Source: Candidatus Asgardarchaeum abyssi (GTDB taxonomy: Archaea; Asgardarchaeota; Asgardarchaeia; Asgardarchaeales; Asgardarchaeaceae). Taken from it: DNA of 55,348 nucleotides. The stretch spans positions 1 through 55,348 of the forward strand of contig JBECUL010000009.1 in the NCBI GenBank assembly GCA_040225955.1. Direction: 5' to 3'. The notes under the pieces are model-generated. The model made no database searches, was not told the DNA's origin, and saw only the letters and a list, made by a program, of their open reading frames with translations. Position 1 is the first letter of the stretch. Every line of letters starts with the position of its first letter. The translations under genes and the position numbers were made by a program. Shown one piece after another: positions 9,820 through 20,856 of this stretch.

Positions 9820-10362
9820 TTGTGTGAAAAAGAATTAACCGAAAAAGAAAAGGAACTATTAGAATTAGCAAGAAGTTTAATAGGAGAAATGACACCAGAA
9901 GATAGAGTTAAATTTCTTGCAAAACAATGGGCATTATTATTCGGTGGTTTTGTGAAAATGCTTAAAGAAAAATACGGAGAAGAGGGAATAAAGTTAGCAT
10001 GTGAAGTAATGCGATTTCTCGGAAGAAAGTATGCTGAAGAGAAAGTAAAAGAGCTTAACATAACTCCTGGAAAGGCTGATGTCCTTGACTTCTATAAGAT
10101 TGAAGGTGGCTGGGATCCCTCAATGGAATATAAGTTTAAATTATTAGAGTTGAATAAGAAGAAGTTCCACATCTATTATACTGCATGCCCACTAGTAGAT
10201 ATTTGGAAGAGCATCGGAGCGCCAGAGGAAATTTGCCAAATTTATGCCTACTTTGACGTTGGTGTTGCCGAAGTTCTTAACCCAAAAATGAAAGTCAGTA
10301 ATCCAACGTCACTTTATAAAGGCGATGATCATTGTGACTTTATTGTAGAATTAGAAGATTAG
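9820..10362 (+). CDS. L-2-amino-thiazoline-4-carboxylate hydrolase-like (V4R-fold) protein
   Basis: EKYGEE, YTACPLVDIWK, ICQIY..D, GDDHCDF pattern; GGAGG RBS, TTG start. Confidence 0.75.
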   Translation: MCEKELTEKEKELLELARSLIGEMTPEDRVKFLAKQWALLFGGFVKMLKEKYGEEGIKLACEVMRFLGRKYAEEKVKELNITPGKADVLDFYKIEGGWDPSMEYKFKLLELNKKKFHIYYTACPLVDIWKSIGAPEEICQIYAYFDVGVAEVLNPKMKVSNPTSLYKGDDHCDFIVELED

Positions 10363-10373
10363 AGAACATGATG

Positions 10374-11768
10374 CTATTCTGATTCAACTATACTAAAATC
10401 CAAGCCTAAATCTGCTAGTTCTTTTTTAATTTTTATGTAAGTTTCGTATACTTGTGGTTTTATCTTGAGTGTTTTCCAATCGTATATTTCTCCAAAAGTC
10501 AATCCCTCTGGGGCGTCTCTTATTTTATCTTCATATTTTTTTAACAAAATCTTAACTATCTCATTAGCCTCTTCACGCTTAAGTTTTGTTGAAGCGTAAG
10601 CCACTTCAGCTTCCCATTTTGCTTCCAATCCGCTACATTGATTCGGTTTTGTTAATTTGGTTTTCCTCACTCCATGCATAACATGAAATCCAGACACCGT
10701 GTGTGTTATTGTACCAGCAGCAATCTCATAAAACATCATTTCTGTTCCTGGTCCTGCGTATGTAACTAATCCAGCACCTGAAATGGCCTTTGTATTCCTC
10801 TGAGTTGCTTGCCCGACAATACTTCTTACCCAAAGCGCCTCTCTTGCTGTACTTCCAGGTGGCATCACTCTGATAACATCGAAATTTATGTACCCTTTAT
10901 ATCCCTGATAAATTATAAGAGCCATAAATAGGCTAGCTACTCCTACAAGAGCTGTTCCTTCTGGGCCTCCGGCAAATCCACCAACCATTGGAACACGGTA
11001 TGGATTTGGAATTATGTCATTTTCCAAAGCATACGCAACTTTGCTCAATTGAGCATTATCTGTCTTCATTTCACTAATGATAGGAATTGCTATAGCATCG
11101 GTCTTTGTTAGACCATTCTCTATACCAAAAGCTGTCATGTCTCCTATTGCAGAGGGTTGTGCACTAATTAAATGTAATCCAGGTCTATTAACTCTTTGCA
11201 AGCTATCTTTTATCCACTTAACTGCATTAGCAGCTGCTATAACTTCGAGAGGTGAGTCATGAACTATTGTTACTCCCTTTATTACTGTTGGTGGTCCAAA
11301 ATATATGCCATCTATTAAGGGTTCTCTGGCTATGGTTTCATATAATTTAATGAAAGGTTCTCCTTCTTCGGGGTTTCCTTCAATTACCCCTCCAAGTATC
11401 ATAGGTGGTCTGGTATCCTCAACTTCTCTCTTCCTTAGTATTCTGGTCTCTTTACCAGCTCCTATAGTAATTTCATCACGTACGTTCTTTAAATACTCTT
11501 TAACATCAGATTCGTCAATTCGTATCACTCGTTGGCTACTAATATTATAAACTCCCAATTCAAGAAACAACTCTAACCCAGCGTTAAACACATCATCAGC
11601 TAAAGTATTATCACACGGTATTATGTTCTCAGGGTCGTACTTTATTTTGTACTCCTTTACTATTTTAGATGCTACTTTCCAAACCCTCATGTTAAAATCG
11701 TCTGCTGAGACAAGCTCACCTTCATAATAACTTTTATTTAATATCTCAATGTACGATATCAACAACAA
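10374..11768 (-). CDS. mtmB: Monomethylamine methyltransferase MtmB homologue lacking pyrrolysine
   Basis: Collinear with MtmB as I recall it: RPGLHL, GGFAGGPE, AGPGTEM, GLEA, APEGLTFGEIYD, LADLGLDF; the Pyl-equivalent codon is ATT (Ile201, 11166-11168). Confidence 0.9.
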   Translation of the reverse strand: MLLISYIEILNKSYYEGELVSADDFNMRVWKVASKIVKEYKIKYDPENIIPCDNTLADDVFNAGLELFLELGVYNISSQRVIRIDESDVKEYLKNVRDEITIGAGKETRILRKREVEDTRPPMILGGVIEGNPEEGEPFIKLYETIAREPLIDGIYFGPPTVIKGVTIVHDSPLEVIAAANAVKWIKDSLQRVNRPGLHLISAQPSAIGDMTAFGIENGLTKTDAIAIPIISEMKTDNAQLSKVAYALENDIIPNPYRVPMVGGFAGGPEGTALVGVASLFMALIIYQGYKGYINFDVIRVMPPGSTAREALWVRSIVGQATQRNTKAISGAGLVTYAGPGTEMMFYEIAAGTITHTVSGFHVMHGVRKTKLTKPNQCSGLEAKWEAEVAYASTKLKREEANEIVKILLKKYEDKIRDAPEGLTFGEIYDWKTLKIKPQVYETYIKIKKELADLGLDFSIVESE

Positions 11769-11846
11769 ACCTCCTTTTCAAATATGCATAGACAATATAA
11801 TCATTACATTAATTATTATTACTGAAATAAATATTAATTCCTAGAG

Positions 11847-12215
11847 ATGGAAAAAACGAAGGAACTTGAAGAGATAAAAAATAGCTAAACATAAAGAGGG
11901 ACTAAAACGACGTTTTAAGGTAAAAGAGATTGGAATCTTTGGCTCCTATGCAAGGGGAGAGTAGAAAGAAATGAGTGATATTGATTTATTGGTTGATTTT
12001 GTTAGATTAGAGAATCACCTTTTTCTGATATTCTTGGAGTAAAGGTGGATCTTGTACCTAAAAAAGACATTCGGCCCAAATTAAAAGAGAAAATTCTTAA
12101 TGAGGCTATTATATATGAAGTGAGATGTTTCACTTCTTATCAAGGTCATACTTGAGAATATTGAACGAATTAAAGGGTTTACTGCTGGAATGAGTTTTAA
12201 AGATTTTAAAAAAAT
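11847..12215 (+). pseudogene. Decayed MNT nucleotidyltransferase plus N-terminal fragment of a DUF86/HEPN toxin
   Basis: Manual translation KVKEIGIFGSYARGE*KEMSDIDLLVDF...LGVKVDLV...EKILNEA, then MK*DVSLLIKVILENIERIKGFTAGMSF; stops and frameshifts. Confidence 0.8.
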
Positions 12216-12283
12216 TAAAAAAGTTTAAATTTTTCTAAGTTTAAGATACTCTTGAAGTTCTCAAATACTGAGTGGTGTGTAAA

Positions 12284-13624
12284 ATGAAATACGATGCCGT
12301 GATTATTGGTGGTGGCCCTGCTGGCATGGTTACTGCTGCTACAGTTAAAAAATTTTACCCCGAAAAAAGTGTTGTCATAGTAAAGAAAGAAGAGGTAAGT
12401 ATGATTCCTTGTGGAATCCCGTACATTCTTGCCACACTTGGTTCGGTTGAAGCAGACATAATGCCCACTAAATCAGTAGAAAATTTAGGAGTACAATTCA
12501 TAATTGATGAGGTCGTAGACGTAGATAAAAATAGGAAAATCGTTAAAGTGTCGAGTGGGGAGGAGATAGAATATGAAAAACTTGTTTTTGCCACAGGATC
12601 ACAGCCAATATTCTTAAACATCGAAGGAAGCAATTTAGAAGGAGTTTACGTTGTTTCAAAAAGCTTTGAATATCTAAAAAAGTTGTATGATGCAGTTAAG
12701 GAAGCAGAAAACATAGTCATTGTGGGAGGAGGCTTCATAGGCGTTGAAGTAAGTGATGAACTAAGAAAATTGGGCAAGAACGTTACAATCGTCGAAATGA
12801 TGGATCATCTACTACCTACGGCCTTTGATAAAGAGTTCGGAGAAATCGTTAAAAAGGAGCTTGAAGCAAATGGCATAAAAATTTATCTAAATTCTACAGT
12901 TAAAAAGATCTTAGGGAAAAATAGGGTTGAGGGAGTCGAGCTTGCAGACGGAGGTAAAATCGAAGCTGACCTAGTCATTTTCTCCGTTGGTTATAAACCA
13001 AATTCAGAACTTGCAAAGAAAGCTGGCATAAGAGTTGGAACAAGCGGTGGGATATGGGTTGACGAATATATGAGAACCAGTGAACCAGATATTTTCGCTG
13101 TAGGAGACTGTGTTGAACACAAAGATTTCTTTACAAGAAAACCAACAAAACTAATGCTTGCATCAGCAGCATGCTTCGAAGCACGTATAGCTGGGACAAA
13201 CCTATTCAATCTTGGAGTTATAAGAAAAAATAAAGGTGATATAGGCATATTCTCAACTCACGCAGGAAACATAACTCTTGCCGCGGCAGGAATCACAGAA
13301 GAAGTTGCTATAAAAGAAGGATTCGAAATAGTTGTAGGTAGAGCTAAGGGATTTGATAGGCATCCTTCAAAAATCCCTGATGCAAGTTCTATCGAGGTCA
13401 AACTCATATTTTCAAAGGACGGTGTCATAATAGGAGGACAGATCATTGGTGGAAAGAGTGTTGGAGAAATGATAAATATCGTAGGACTTGCAATCCAAGA
13501 GGGATTGACCGTTGCAGAACTTTGCCTAATGCAAATAGGTACGCATCCACTACTTACATCACCGCCAACAGCTTATCCAATAATAGCCGCAGCAGAAGAT
13601 GCATGGAGAAAAATGAGTAAATAA
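12284..13624 (+). CDS. FAD-dependent NADH oxidase / CoA-disulfide reductase family protein
   Basis: IIGGGPAG, PCGIPY redox Cys, GGGFIGVE, IFAVGDC, C-terminal HP motif. Confidence 0.88.
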   Translation: MKYDAVIIGGGPAGMVTAATVKKFYPEKSVVIVKKEEVSMIPCGIPYILATLGSVEADIMPTKSVENLGVQFIIDEVVDVDKNRKIVKVSSGEEIEYEKLVFATGSQPIFLNIEGSNLEGVYVVSKSFEYLKKLYDAVKEAENIVIVGGGFIGVEVSDELRKLGKNVTIVEMMDHLLPTAFDKEFGEIVKKELEANGIKIYLNSTVKKILGKNRVEGVELADGGKIEADLVIFSVGYKPNSELAKKAGIRVGTSGGIWVDEYMRTSEPDIFAVGDCVEHKDFFTRKPTKLMLASAACFEARIAGTNLFNLGVIRKNKGDIGIFSTHAGNITLAAAGITEEVAIKEGFEIVVGRAKGFDRHPSKIPDASSIEVKLIFSKDGVIIGGQIIGGKSVGEMINIVGLAIQEGLTVAELCLMQIGTHPLLTSPPTAYPIIAAAEDAWRKMSK

Positions 13625-13904
13625 GCTCCAATATTGCCATTTCATTTAATACTCTTTTTAACTTTTTTAATTTTGAGAAAAGAACAAGTTAGGAAATTGG
13701 AGGAGGGTAAAGGGGTCAAAAACTATAGAATAATAAGATAAATTTCCTTTTACACGCTATTATTCTATTTTTGAAGTTTTCACGGTAAGTGTTGTAAATT
13801 TTCTGTATTAACTTAGAAAATCAAACTCTTTTTCTCTATAAAATTCTATCACCTTAACTCTTTATTTTTTTGATGAAAATGTAGACCGTTTTAGGGATAG
13901 TATA

Positions 13905-14223
13905 AAGGATATGTATGGTATTGCTTTTGGCTATTGACTAAATTTGGTATGCTAGCATATTTTATGGGATATGGAATTGGCATTTCGCCACTTCAACGTT
14001 TGTACTAGGAACGCTAGGTTCGATGCTGTCTGAGCAACTTTCTTACATTAATATCCAAACTGTAAGTCAAGTAATTTGAGTTACTGGTTAACAAGAGAGA
14101 TCACAAGAGTTTCCAATTAACAACGATAGATCCTAACTTAGCAGCCGCATTTTTCTTTGTGTTGCTTAATAGTGTCATTTATCTCTGCACTTTTATTAAT
14201 CGAAACAAAGGATTTGCTTTAGT
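13905..14223 (+). pseudogene. Possible decayed C-terminus of a membrane (MFS-like) transporter
   Basis: Hydrophobic fragments in shifting frames (MLAYFMGYGIG; NLAAAFFFVLL; ISALLLIETKDLL*). Confidence 0.3.
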
Positions 14224-14232
14224 GCATTTCTT

Positions 14233-15921
14233 TCATATTAGTAGGAAAACTATTACGAGTAATGTCATAAACAGTAACACTATGCCTTCGCCACCAGCAA
14301 CACCACTGAGGAAGACAAGTGCGTCTTCATAAACCTTTTTGGCTTTGCTCTTATCATGCTTGTTTTTGATTTTTAAATATAAATCAAATAGACCACCAAG
14401 GAATATCGGAAATATGTATGATGGAGGAACAAGCATACCTATTGCAAGTATTATTGGTGAGAATCCGCGAACTTTTAGTCTCTTAAAAACTTGTTGTAAG
14501 GCAATAGTTAATACTACAGAAACTATAACTAAGTAAGGATCATAAATAGGTGGTACCACTCCACTTTTTATTGCTTGAACTACCCCTAAGATATATCCCC
14601 CAGCCGCATAAGCATTTGGTACGGGGAAATTCTCACTTCCGAGTCCTCCAAGTAGATAGTGAAAGGACCAAATAGAGAGTGCGGTTATAACAACTCCAGG
14701 AATTATTCCAATTAAAATAGCTTTAAAGACAGTTTTTTCATCGACGTTTGTCAGCTGACCAAATTTCATATAATTCAAAAATATCAATGATGCAAATTCA
14801 TAGGACCCTAATATTGCAAAGGCTATAAACATATCTTCAACATCAGGAAGGAAAAGGACAGTCGTAAGAATTAGAACAACATCAACTGTGAAGCTTACTG
14901 AAAATCCAGACTCTCCTCTCGCTCTAGCAAGAAAGATGGCAGAAATAAAAACAATAGGTAATGCAAAAACGATGATTTTGCTTATATCAATAATCATATC
15001 AAATGGCAGTCCAGGGACCAACGCTAAACCAATCAGAGAGAAAATTGGTAATAAAACTAGAGATACAAAGGATGCCCAGCTTGGGATAAAGCCCTCGTCA
15101 TCTCCAACTCTAAGATTTCTGAAAGTATCTTTAAACACATGCCTGTTTTCATATAAATTTAAGAAGGCCGTTGTAACCATCATGGGAATTGCTATAGAAA
15201 AGATCATCGGATTTGTAATATGCTCACTGATTGTTATATTTGAGACCCCTCCCTCAATGAAATACCACACCAAAATGCTATATATTGAGCCTATTAATAG
15301 TAGTAGAGAACCAGTAAACGATATAAAAAATCCAACCGCAAACATTAAAGGAGAAATCTCAAAACCTATAAAGGATGGCATGTACTTCAATCTAAGGGTT
15401 CTTAGGTTTGAAATAAAAGCTGAGATTGTTATTATCATGGATGAAATTAAACCATACAGAGCTCTTCTAAAATACTCACCCTTTTCGGCAAGTGCCTTAA
15501 CGATAGTTGCTGTTGGTAATATCATGGGCCATCTAAGCTCTAAAAATTGTTTTCTTAAGGGATATAGCAGAAGTACACCAAGAATAGAGCCAACCAGCGA
15601 CACAACTACTATTAATGGTATCGAAATATAGATCGTATGTGCCAAATAATCCCTAAAAACTACAAGAGCCGCTATATTGGCACTCACACCAAAAGCAGGC
15701 AAAGACATCGCTCCAACAATAATTAGAATCACAACATTTTCTCTGTAGTTATATTCACCAGTTAGCTTAAGTAGTAGGTATCCCAAGATAAAAGTACCTC
15801 CAATTGCAGCAATACCAACTTTATATGATAAATAGATACCCAAAAAATCCAAAAGTGCTCCAAGAAAAATGCCAAAAAATATTGCACGCATTGTTAATGG
15901 GTTTTTAGTGTCTACTTCCAT
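14233..15921 (-). CDS. OPT/YSL-family oligopeptide transporter-like membrane protein
   Basis: LTMRAIFFGIFLG, YLSYKVG, EN, LRWP, FPVPNA, SGVAGGEG; many TM helices. Confidence 0.75.
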   Translation of the reverse strand: MEVDTKNPLTMRAIFFGIFLGALLDFLGIYLSYKVGIAAIGGTFILGYLLLKLTGEYNYRENVVILIIVGAMSLPAFGVSANIAALVVFRDYLAHTIYISIPLIVVVSLVGSILGVLLLYPLRKQFLELRWPMILPTATIVKALAEKGEYFRRALYGLISSMIITISAFISNLRTLRLKYMPSFIGFEISPLMFAVGFFISFTGSLLLLIGSIYSILVWYFIEGGVSNITISEHITNPMIFSIAIPMMVTTAFLNLYENRHVFKDTFRNLRVGDDEGFIPSWASFVSLVLLPIFSLIGLALVPGLPFDMIIDISKIIVFALPIVFISAIFLARARGESGFSVSFTVDVVLILTTVLFLPDVEDMFIAFAILGSYEFASLIFLNYMKFGQLTNVDEKTVFKAILIGIIPGVVITALSIWSFHYLLGGLGSENFPVPNAYAAGGYILGVVQAIKSGVVPPIYDPYLVIVSVVLTIALQQVFKRLKVRGFSPIILAIGMLVPPSYIFPIFLGGLFDLYLKIKNKHDKSKAKKVYEDALVFLSGVAGGEGIVLLFMTLLVIVFLLI

Positions 15922-16101
15922 GCGAGTACCTCATATGTTTTTATCTGTTTTCTTAATTCTGCAGTTATAACTTTGTCGATACTGGCAATAAATAGTATTT
16001 ATTGATTCCATCGATTATGCCTAAATAGTAATTTTATAATAGATTCATGAAGTCATTATACACATATGGTATTTCTGGAAACTTCTGATTGGGTGTATTT
16101 T

Positions 16102-16962
16102 ATGCGAAAAGCAGTGTCTATTGCGATAGGTATAATAGCAGGTTTTTCATTTGGAACTGCCTCTATATTCATTAGACTTTTGCTAAATGTTGACAGCAAC
16201 TCTATTGCATTTGCACGACTGTTTATAGGATTTTGGGCTCTATTGCTGCTGATATATTTAAGAAATGAGTTAAAACAATTTGTCAGAGTATTAATGAACT
16301 ACAATTGGAAGCATGTCCTAATGGGTTCACTTTTAGGTTTACATTTTATATTCTTTGTTGCATCTGTCAAGCATACAACGATTTTACATGCAACAATCTT
16401 TGTGAATACAGCTCCCATTCAAGCTTTAATTTTATCACTCATATTATTTCGAACGAAGCCATCCAGGAGAGAAATTCTTTCAGTGCTATTAGGGTTTACT
16501 GGCATACTCACAATAACCCTAACAGAAAAGGGTGTATCAGCTGGAAATATTATCGGAGACCTTGAAGCTCTTCTGGCAGCTACGTTTGAAGCTTTTTATC
16601 TAAATCTAGGTGCCGACCTTAGAAAAAAGGTTGATGCTAAAGTTCTGATGGTATCGAATTTTATGATTGGCTTTATCGTTGTTTATCTATATTGCATTCC
16701 AATACAAGGTGGAATTCATATTCCGCTGGATTATTATACAATACTTATTCTTCTCGCATTAGGATTATTGCCAACCGCAATAGGGCATACTTTATACATA
16801 GCTTCTGTAAAGGCATTAAAACCTTATGAAACAGCAATGATGGCACTCCTTGAGCCAATATCGGCATCAATACTTGCAGTAATATTGTTCAACGAAATTC
16901 CAGGAGTGAATTCAATAATCGGATCCATTTTAATTGCATTAGCGATTCTTCTTTTATTTTGA
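16102..16962 (+). CDS. EamA/DMT family transporter
   Basis: 10-TM duplicated pattern, IAFARL, GLHF, NTAP, GDLEAL, LLEP. Confidence 0.85.
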   Translation: MRKAVSIAIGIIAGFSFGTASIFIRLLLNVDSNSIAFARLFIGFWALLLLIYLRNELKQFVRVLMNYNWKHVLMGSLLGLHFIFFVASVKHTTILHATIFVNTAPIQALILSLILFRTKPSRREILSVLLGFTGILTITLTEKGVSAGNIIGDLEALLAATFEAFYLNLGADLRKKVDAKVLMVSNFMIGFIVVYLYCIPIQGGIHIPLDYYTILILLALGLLPTAIGHTLYIASVKALKPYETAMMALLEPISASILAVILFNEIPGVNSIIGSILIALAILLLF

Positions 16963-17061
16963 CTAAATATTATAAAAATCGTATATCTCCTATTTTAAAA
17001 CCCTAAGATAATAAGAGGCTCTTTAAGAAGGTGAAGCTTGATAACCTATGAAAAATAATAT

Positions 17062-17400
17062 CTATTCTTTAATTTTTTCAGCAATATCTGTTATGTTTAG
17101 CTTTCTAAGAATGTTAATGATGTATGTTAGTAAATCCTCGCTCTCTGAAGTGTCTGGAACTTTTAACTCATTCTTATATTCAATCATATCCCATAGCGAT
17201 ACTCCTGCTATTTCTGCAGCTTTCTTAAGAGTCACCGGTCCCTTTTTATAAAGCTCAATAGCTCTTCTCATTTTCTCCCTTTTGACTTCTTTCCATAATG
17301 TTTTTCTGGTAGTACTATCTCTATCTGTCTCCTCCATATTTAATACCTTACTTACTCTGATCACTTTTCTCCAAGAATCTCTTAATATTCTTAGAAAGAT
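17062..17400 (-). pseudogene. UPF0175-family (antitoxin-like HTH) gene, probably degraded
   Basis: AIELYKKGPVTLKKAAEIAGVSLWDM motif; N-terminus looks corrupted. Confidence 0.6.
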
Positions 17401-17534
17401 ACAATACTCTGTAACTCTGGACATATTAAGTAGTTGAATCACTTAATATTTTATAGAATTCATTCATTTATGGTATGTAAATAATGTAAGTAATAATAAG
17501 AGTTTTTTAACTTAAAATATGATATTAAGGGTAA

Positions 17535-18321
<787 letters not shown>

Positions 18322-18542
18322 AATTAGTTTGGTAAGATATAGAGTCAATATTTGCTATTCTTAATACCTTAATATATCAAAAATGTAACTTAGAAAAATT
18401 AATTTTTTAAACAGTTATAATTAGTATTTTTTGAAAAATAAGACTTTTGTCGGATTCTTATATATAAAAATGAATAAAATCACTTGTGTATGCGAATTAA
18501 ATTTTTAAGTCTTTAAATATTAGTGTGATATTTGGTGATCTA

Positions 18543-19049
18543 ATGGCGGATATCAAAGTAAACAAGCCAATATTCCTAACAGTTGGAGCACTTTACTTTA
18601 TTGAATTTTCGTTATTATACAATCTATGGATGTCTCTGCCAGAAACCATTGCGGTAAGTTGGCTAATAACTGGGAAAGTGACCGATTATTCTTCCAAACA
18701 GTCATTTATGGCTAAATTCCTGATAATCAACATATTCCTAATAGCTCTCTTCGTAGGAATGACTCTTTATGCTATGAAGACAGAAAAAGAGTACGTCACT
18801 CTCCATACACGTTACGGCGGCGCATATAAAGTCAGAACCGAATATCTGCCAAACTATGTTGGAATGATAATTATTATTGTATTAGTAACGCTCAGTATGT
18901 ACATTTCGGATATCATAATGTTTAATACTTCTGGGACGTTTTTCTTCTTCAACTTTCCGTTTCTTCTCATATATGCATTCACGGTGTTTGCATTGTTTCT
19001 TATAGCAATAAAGAAATATGTTTATGAAAAATCAAACAATAAAGAATGA
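18543..19049 (+). CDS. DUF1648-like membrane protein
   Basis: SLPETIAVSW..TGKVTDYSSK motif plus 4 TM helices. Confidence 0.7.
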   Translation: MADIKVNKPIFLTVGALYFIEFSLLYNLWMSLPETIAVSWLITGKVTDYSSKQSFMAKFLIINIFLIALFVGMTLYAMKTEKEYVTLHTRYGGAYKVRTEYLPNYVGMIIIIVLVTLSMYISDIIMFNTSGTFFFFNFPFLLIYAFTVFALFLIAIKKYVYEKSNNKE

Positions 19050-19073
19050 AATAGACATAAGATGTGAATTATT

Positions 19074-19766
19074 ATGCAGCTTACACTCGAGGAACTAGGA
19101 ATTTTTAAACTGCTCGGAATTGCTCTATACATAAGACTGAAGGAACTAAAAGAGAGAAAAATAGGAATTGCTAAGAGTCTCCACAGAGAGATTTTATCAA
19201 TACCTACAAAATACATAGCTGAGGAATTTTCCTTTTATAAGGACTTTAAAAACGAGGCCTATATCAATAACTTCCTTTTACTTCTATCCGAGAAATATGA
19301 TCTCTTAAAACTTAAGGAGCATGATGCTGAGATAAGAACAGTTAAGCTTTTTACGGTAGCATTAGAAACATTTGAGTGTCTATTAGAGAAAAATCAAAAG
19401 CTTGTTAGAGAAATCATTGAATCGATCTTAGAGGATAAATCAATGCATAAGTCAATCAGCAATTTAAAACAACATCCAGAGCTTCTTCTCAATGTAGAGA
19501 TTATGATAGTTTTTCTGATGCTTTTTTCAATCTCATTATCTGTTAATATATTCGCGCTCGCACTTGAAGAGATAAGTGGAGGTTTGTCATCTGTCTCAGA
19601 AGCCAGAGAAAAGGCATTTTTCAAGTCAATTTCTATAATCTCATCAATAGGCGTTCACTTAAATTCTAACATACTTAGCCTTTGTAAAAGGATAAATAAT
19701 AAACTCCTCTCTACTTTTGCTTACTCGTCACAAAAGCTTCTCGATATCTACGGTGGTTTGTTTTAA
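19074..19766 (+). CDS. Hypothetical helical protein
   Basis: 230-aa ORF, co-directional with the DUF1648 gene; no family recognised. Confidence 0.65.
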   Translation: MQLTLEELGIFKLLGIALYIRLKELKERKIGIAKSLHREILSIPTKYIAEEFSFYKDFKNEAYINNFLLLLSEKYDLLKLKEHDAEIRTVKLFTVALETFECLLEKNQKLVREIIESILEDKSMHKSISNLKQHPELLLNVEIMIVFLMLFSISLSVNIFALALEEISGGLSSVSEAREKAFFKSISIISSIGVHLNSNILSLCKRINNKLLSTFAYSSQKLLDIYGGLF

Positions 19767-19793
19767 CTTATTTAAGGACCTTAATCATTCAGA

Positions 19794-20465
19794 TTATAGA
19801 AATTTCTTAATTACATCTATTGCCTCTATTAGATTGTTTACCTTCGCATCCGCAAGTTCTGGTTTTTCTTGATCACCGCTTCTATCTAGGAAAATTGTAC
19901 GTATCCCCACTCGTTTTGGAACTATTATATCCACTAAAACACTATCGCCTATCATTATGGCTTCATTCGGCTTTACGTTCAAACGATTGAGAGTTTCAAT
20001 AAATATTTTCGGATTTGATTTCTCGCATCTGGCTTCATATCCAGTCATTAGAAGGTCTATATACGGCAATATCGGCTTCAGATATTTGTAAAACTTGAAC
20101 TTTGCAATCGTCGTCACAATAGCTGTTTTTAGCGATAAATCCTTCTTGATCACTTTCAGAAAATCATACACATCTGGGTATATCACAAAAGTTCTATCTA
20201 AAAGTTTGATAAGCCCCTTGATTGTGTCCCGATCAACTTTGACACCTAACCTTTGAAATATTCGCCTTAAATAACTATACCAGCTCTTATAGCCATATCT
20301 TGGATAATCGATGAAAGCAACAAACGACCATGCAGCTCTAATTTGTTGAGGGTAAATATGATAACCGTGTTGAACAAGAAAATCACTGATTGTTAACTCA
20401 TCAACTGGATCATCAACACGAGCTATCGTACCATGCAAATCGATTAAACAAGCTTTAATGCCCAT
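19794..20465 (-). CDS. HAD-family hydrolase
   Basis: IDLHGT motif I, IVTT motif II, EKSNPKIF, MIGDSVLVDI. Confidence 0.88.
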   Translation of the reverse strand: MGIKACLIDLHGTIARVDDPVDELTISDFLVQHGYHIYPQQIRAAWSFVAFIDYPRYGYKSWYSYLRRIFQRLGVKVDRDTIKGLIKLLDRTFVIYPDVYDFLKVIKKDLSLKTAIVTTIAKFKFYKYLKPILPYIDLLMTGYEARCEKSNPKIFIETLNRLNVKPNEAIMIGDSVLVDIIVPKRVGIRTIFLDRSGDQEKPELADAKVNNLIEAIDVIKKFL

Positions 20466-20856
20466 ATGCTACAACTCTCAAAAGAAAAGTTAAACTAAGT
20501 AGCGTATCATTATCTTTTAAACTTTTTTATCAAAATCAAGGAAAATGTAGTTATGAGGGGGCTAGTTAGCTTTTTTGGAAATATATGTTTGTAGAGTGTG
20601 GTACATTAATTAATGATTATTGATGATTAATGATACGTTAATCTGGGCATATGTTGAAAGGAATAGATGAAAAATATTAATCTTGTGGCATCCACTACTT
20701 TTTTCACCAACACTTTTTCAAGTGTCGTATTAAGATACTAAGAAATGCTTAAATATGATATATACCTACTTACCTCAGAGGGTGTAATATAAATATTGAT
20801 AAATATTTTGTCTCGTAGATAAAAAAATTGAGTTTATTTGATTAATACTCTATTGG

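Noticed and set aside
10374-11768. Pyrrolysine recoding in mtmB
   Set aside because: No internal TAG; the Pyl position is Ile; the terminal TAG falls at the normal C-terminus
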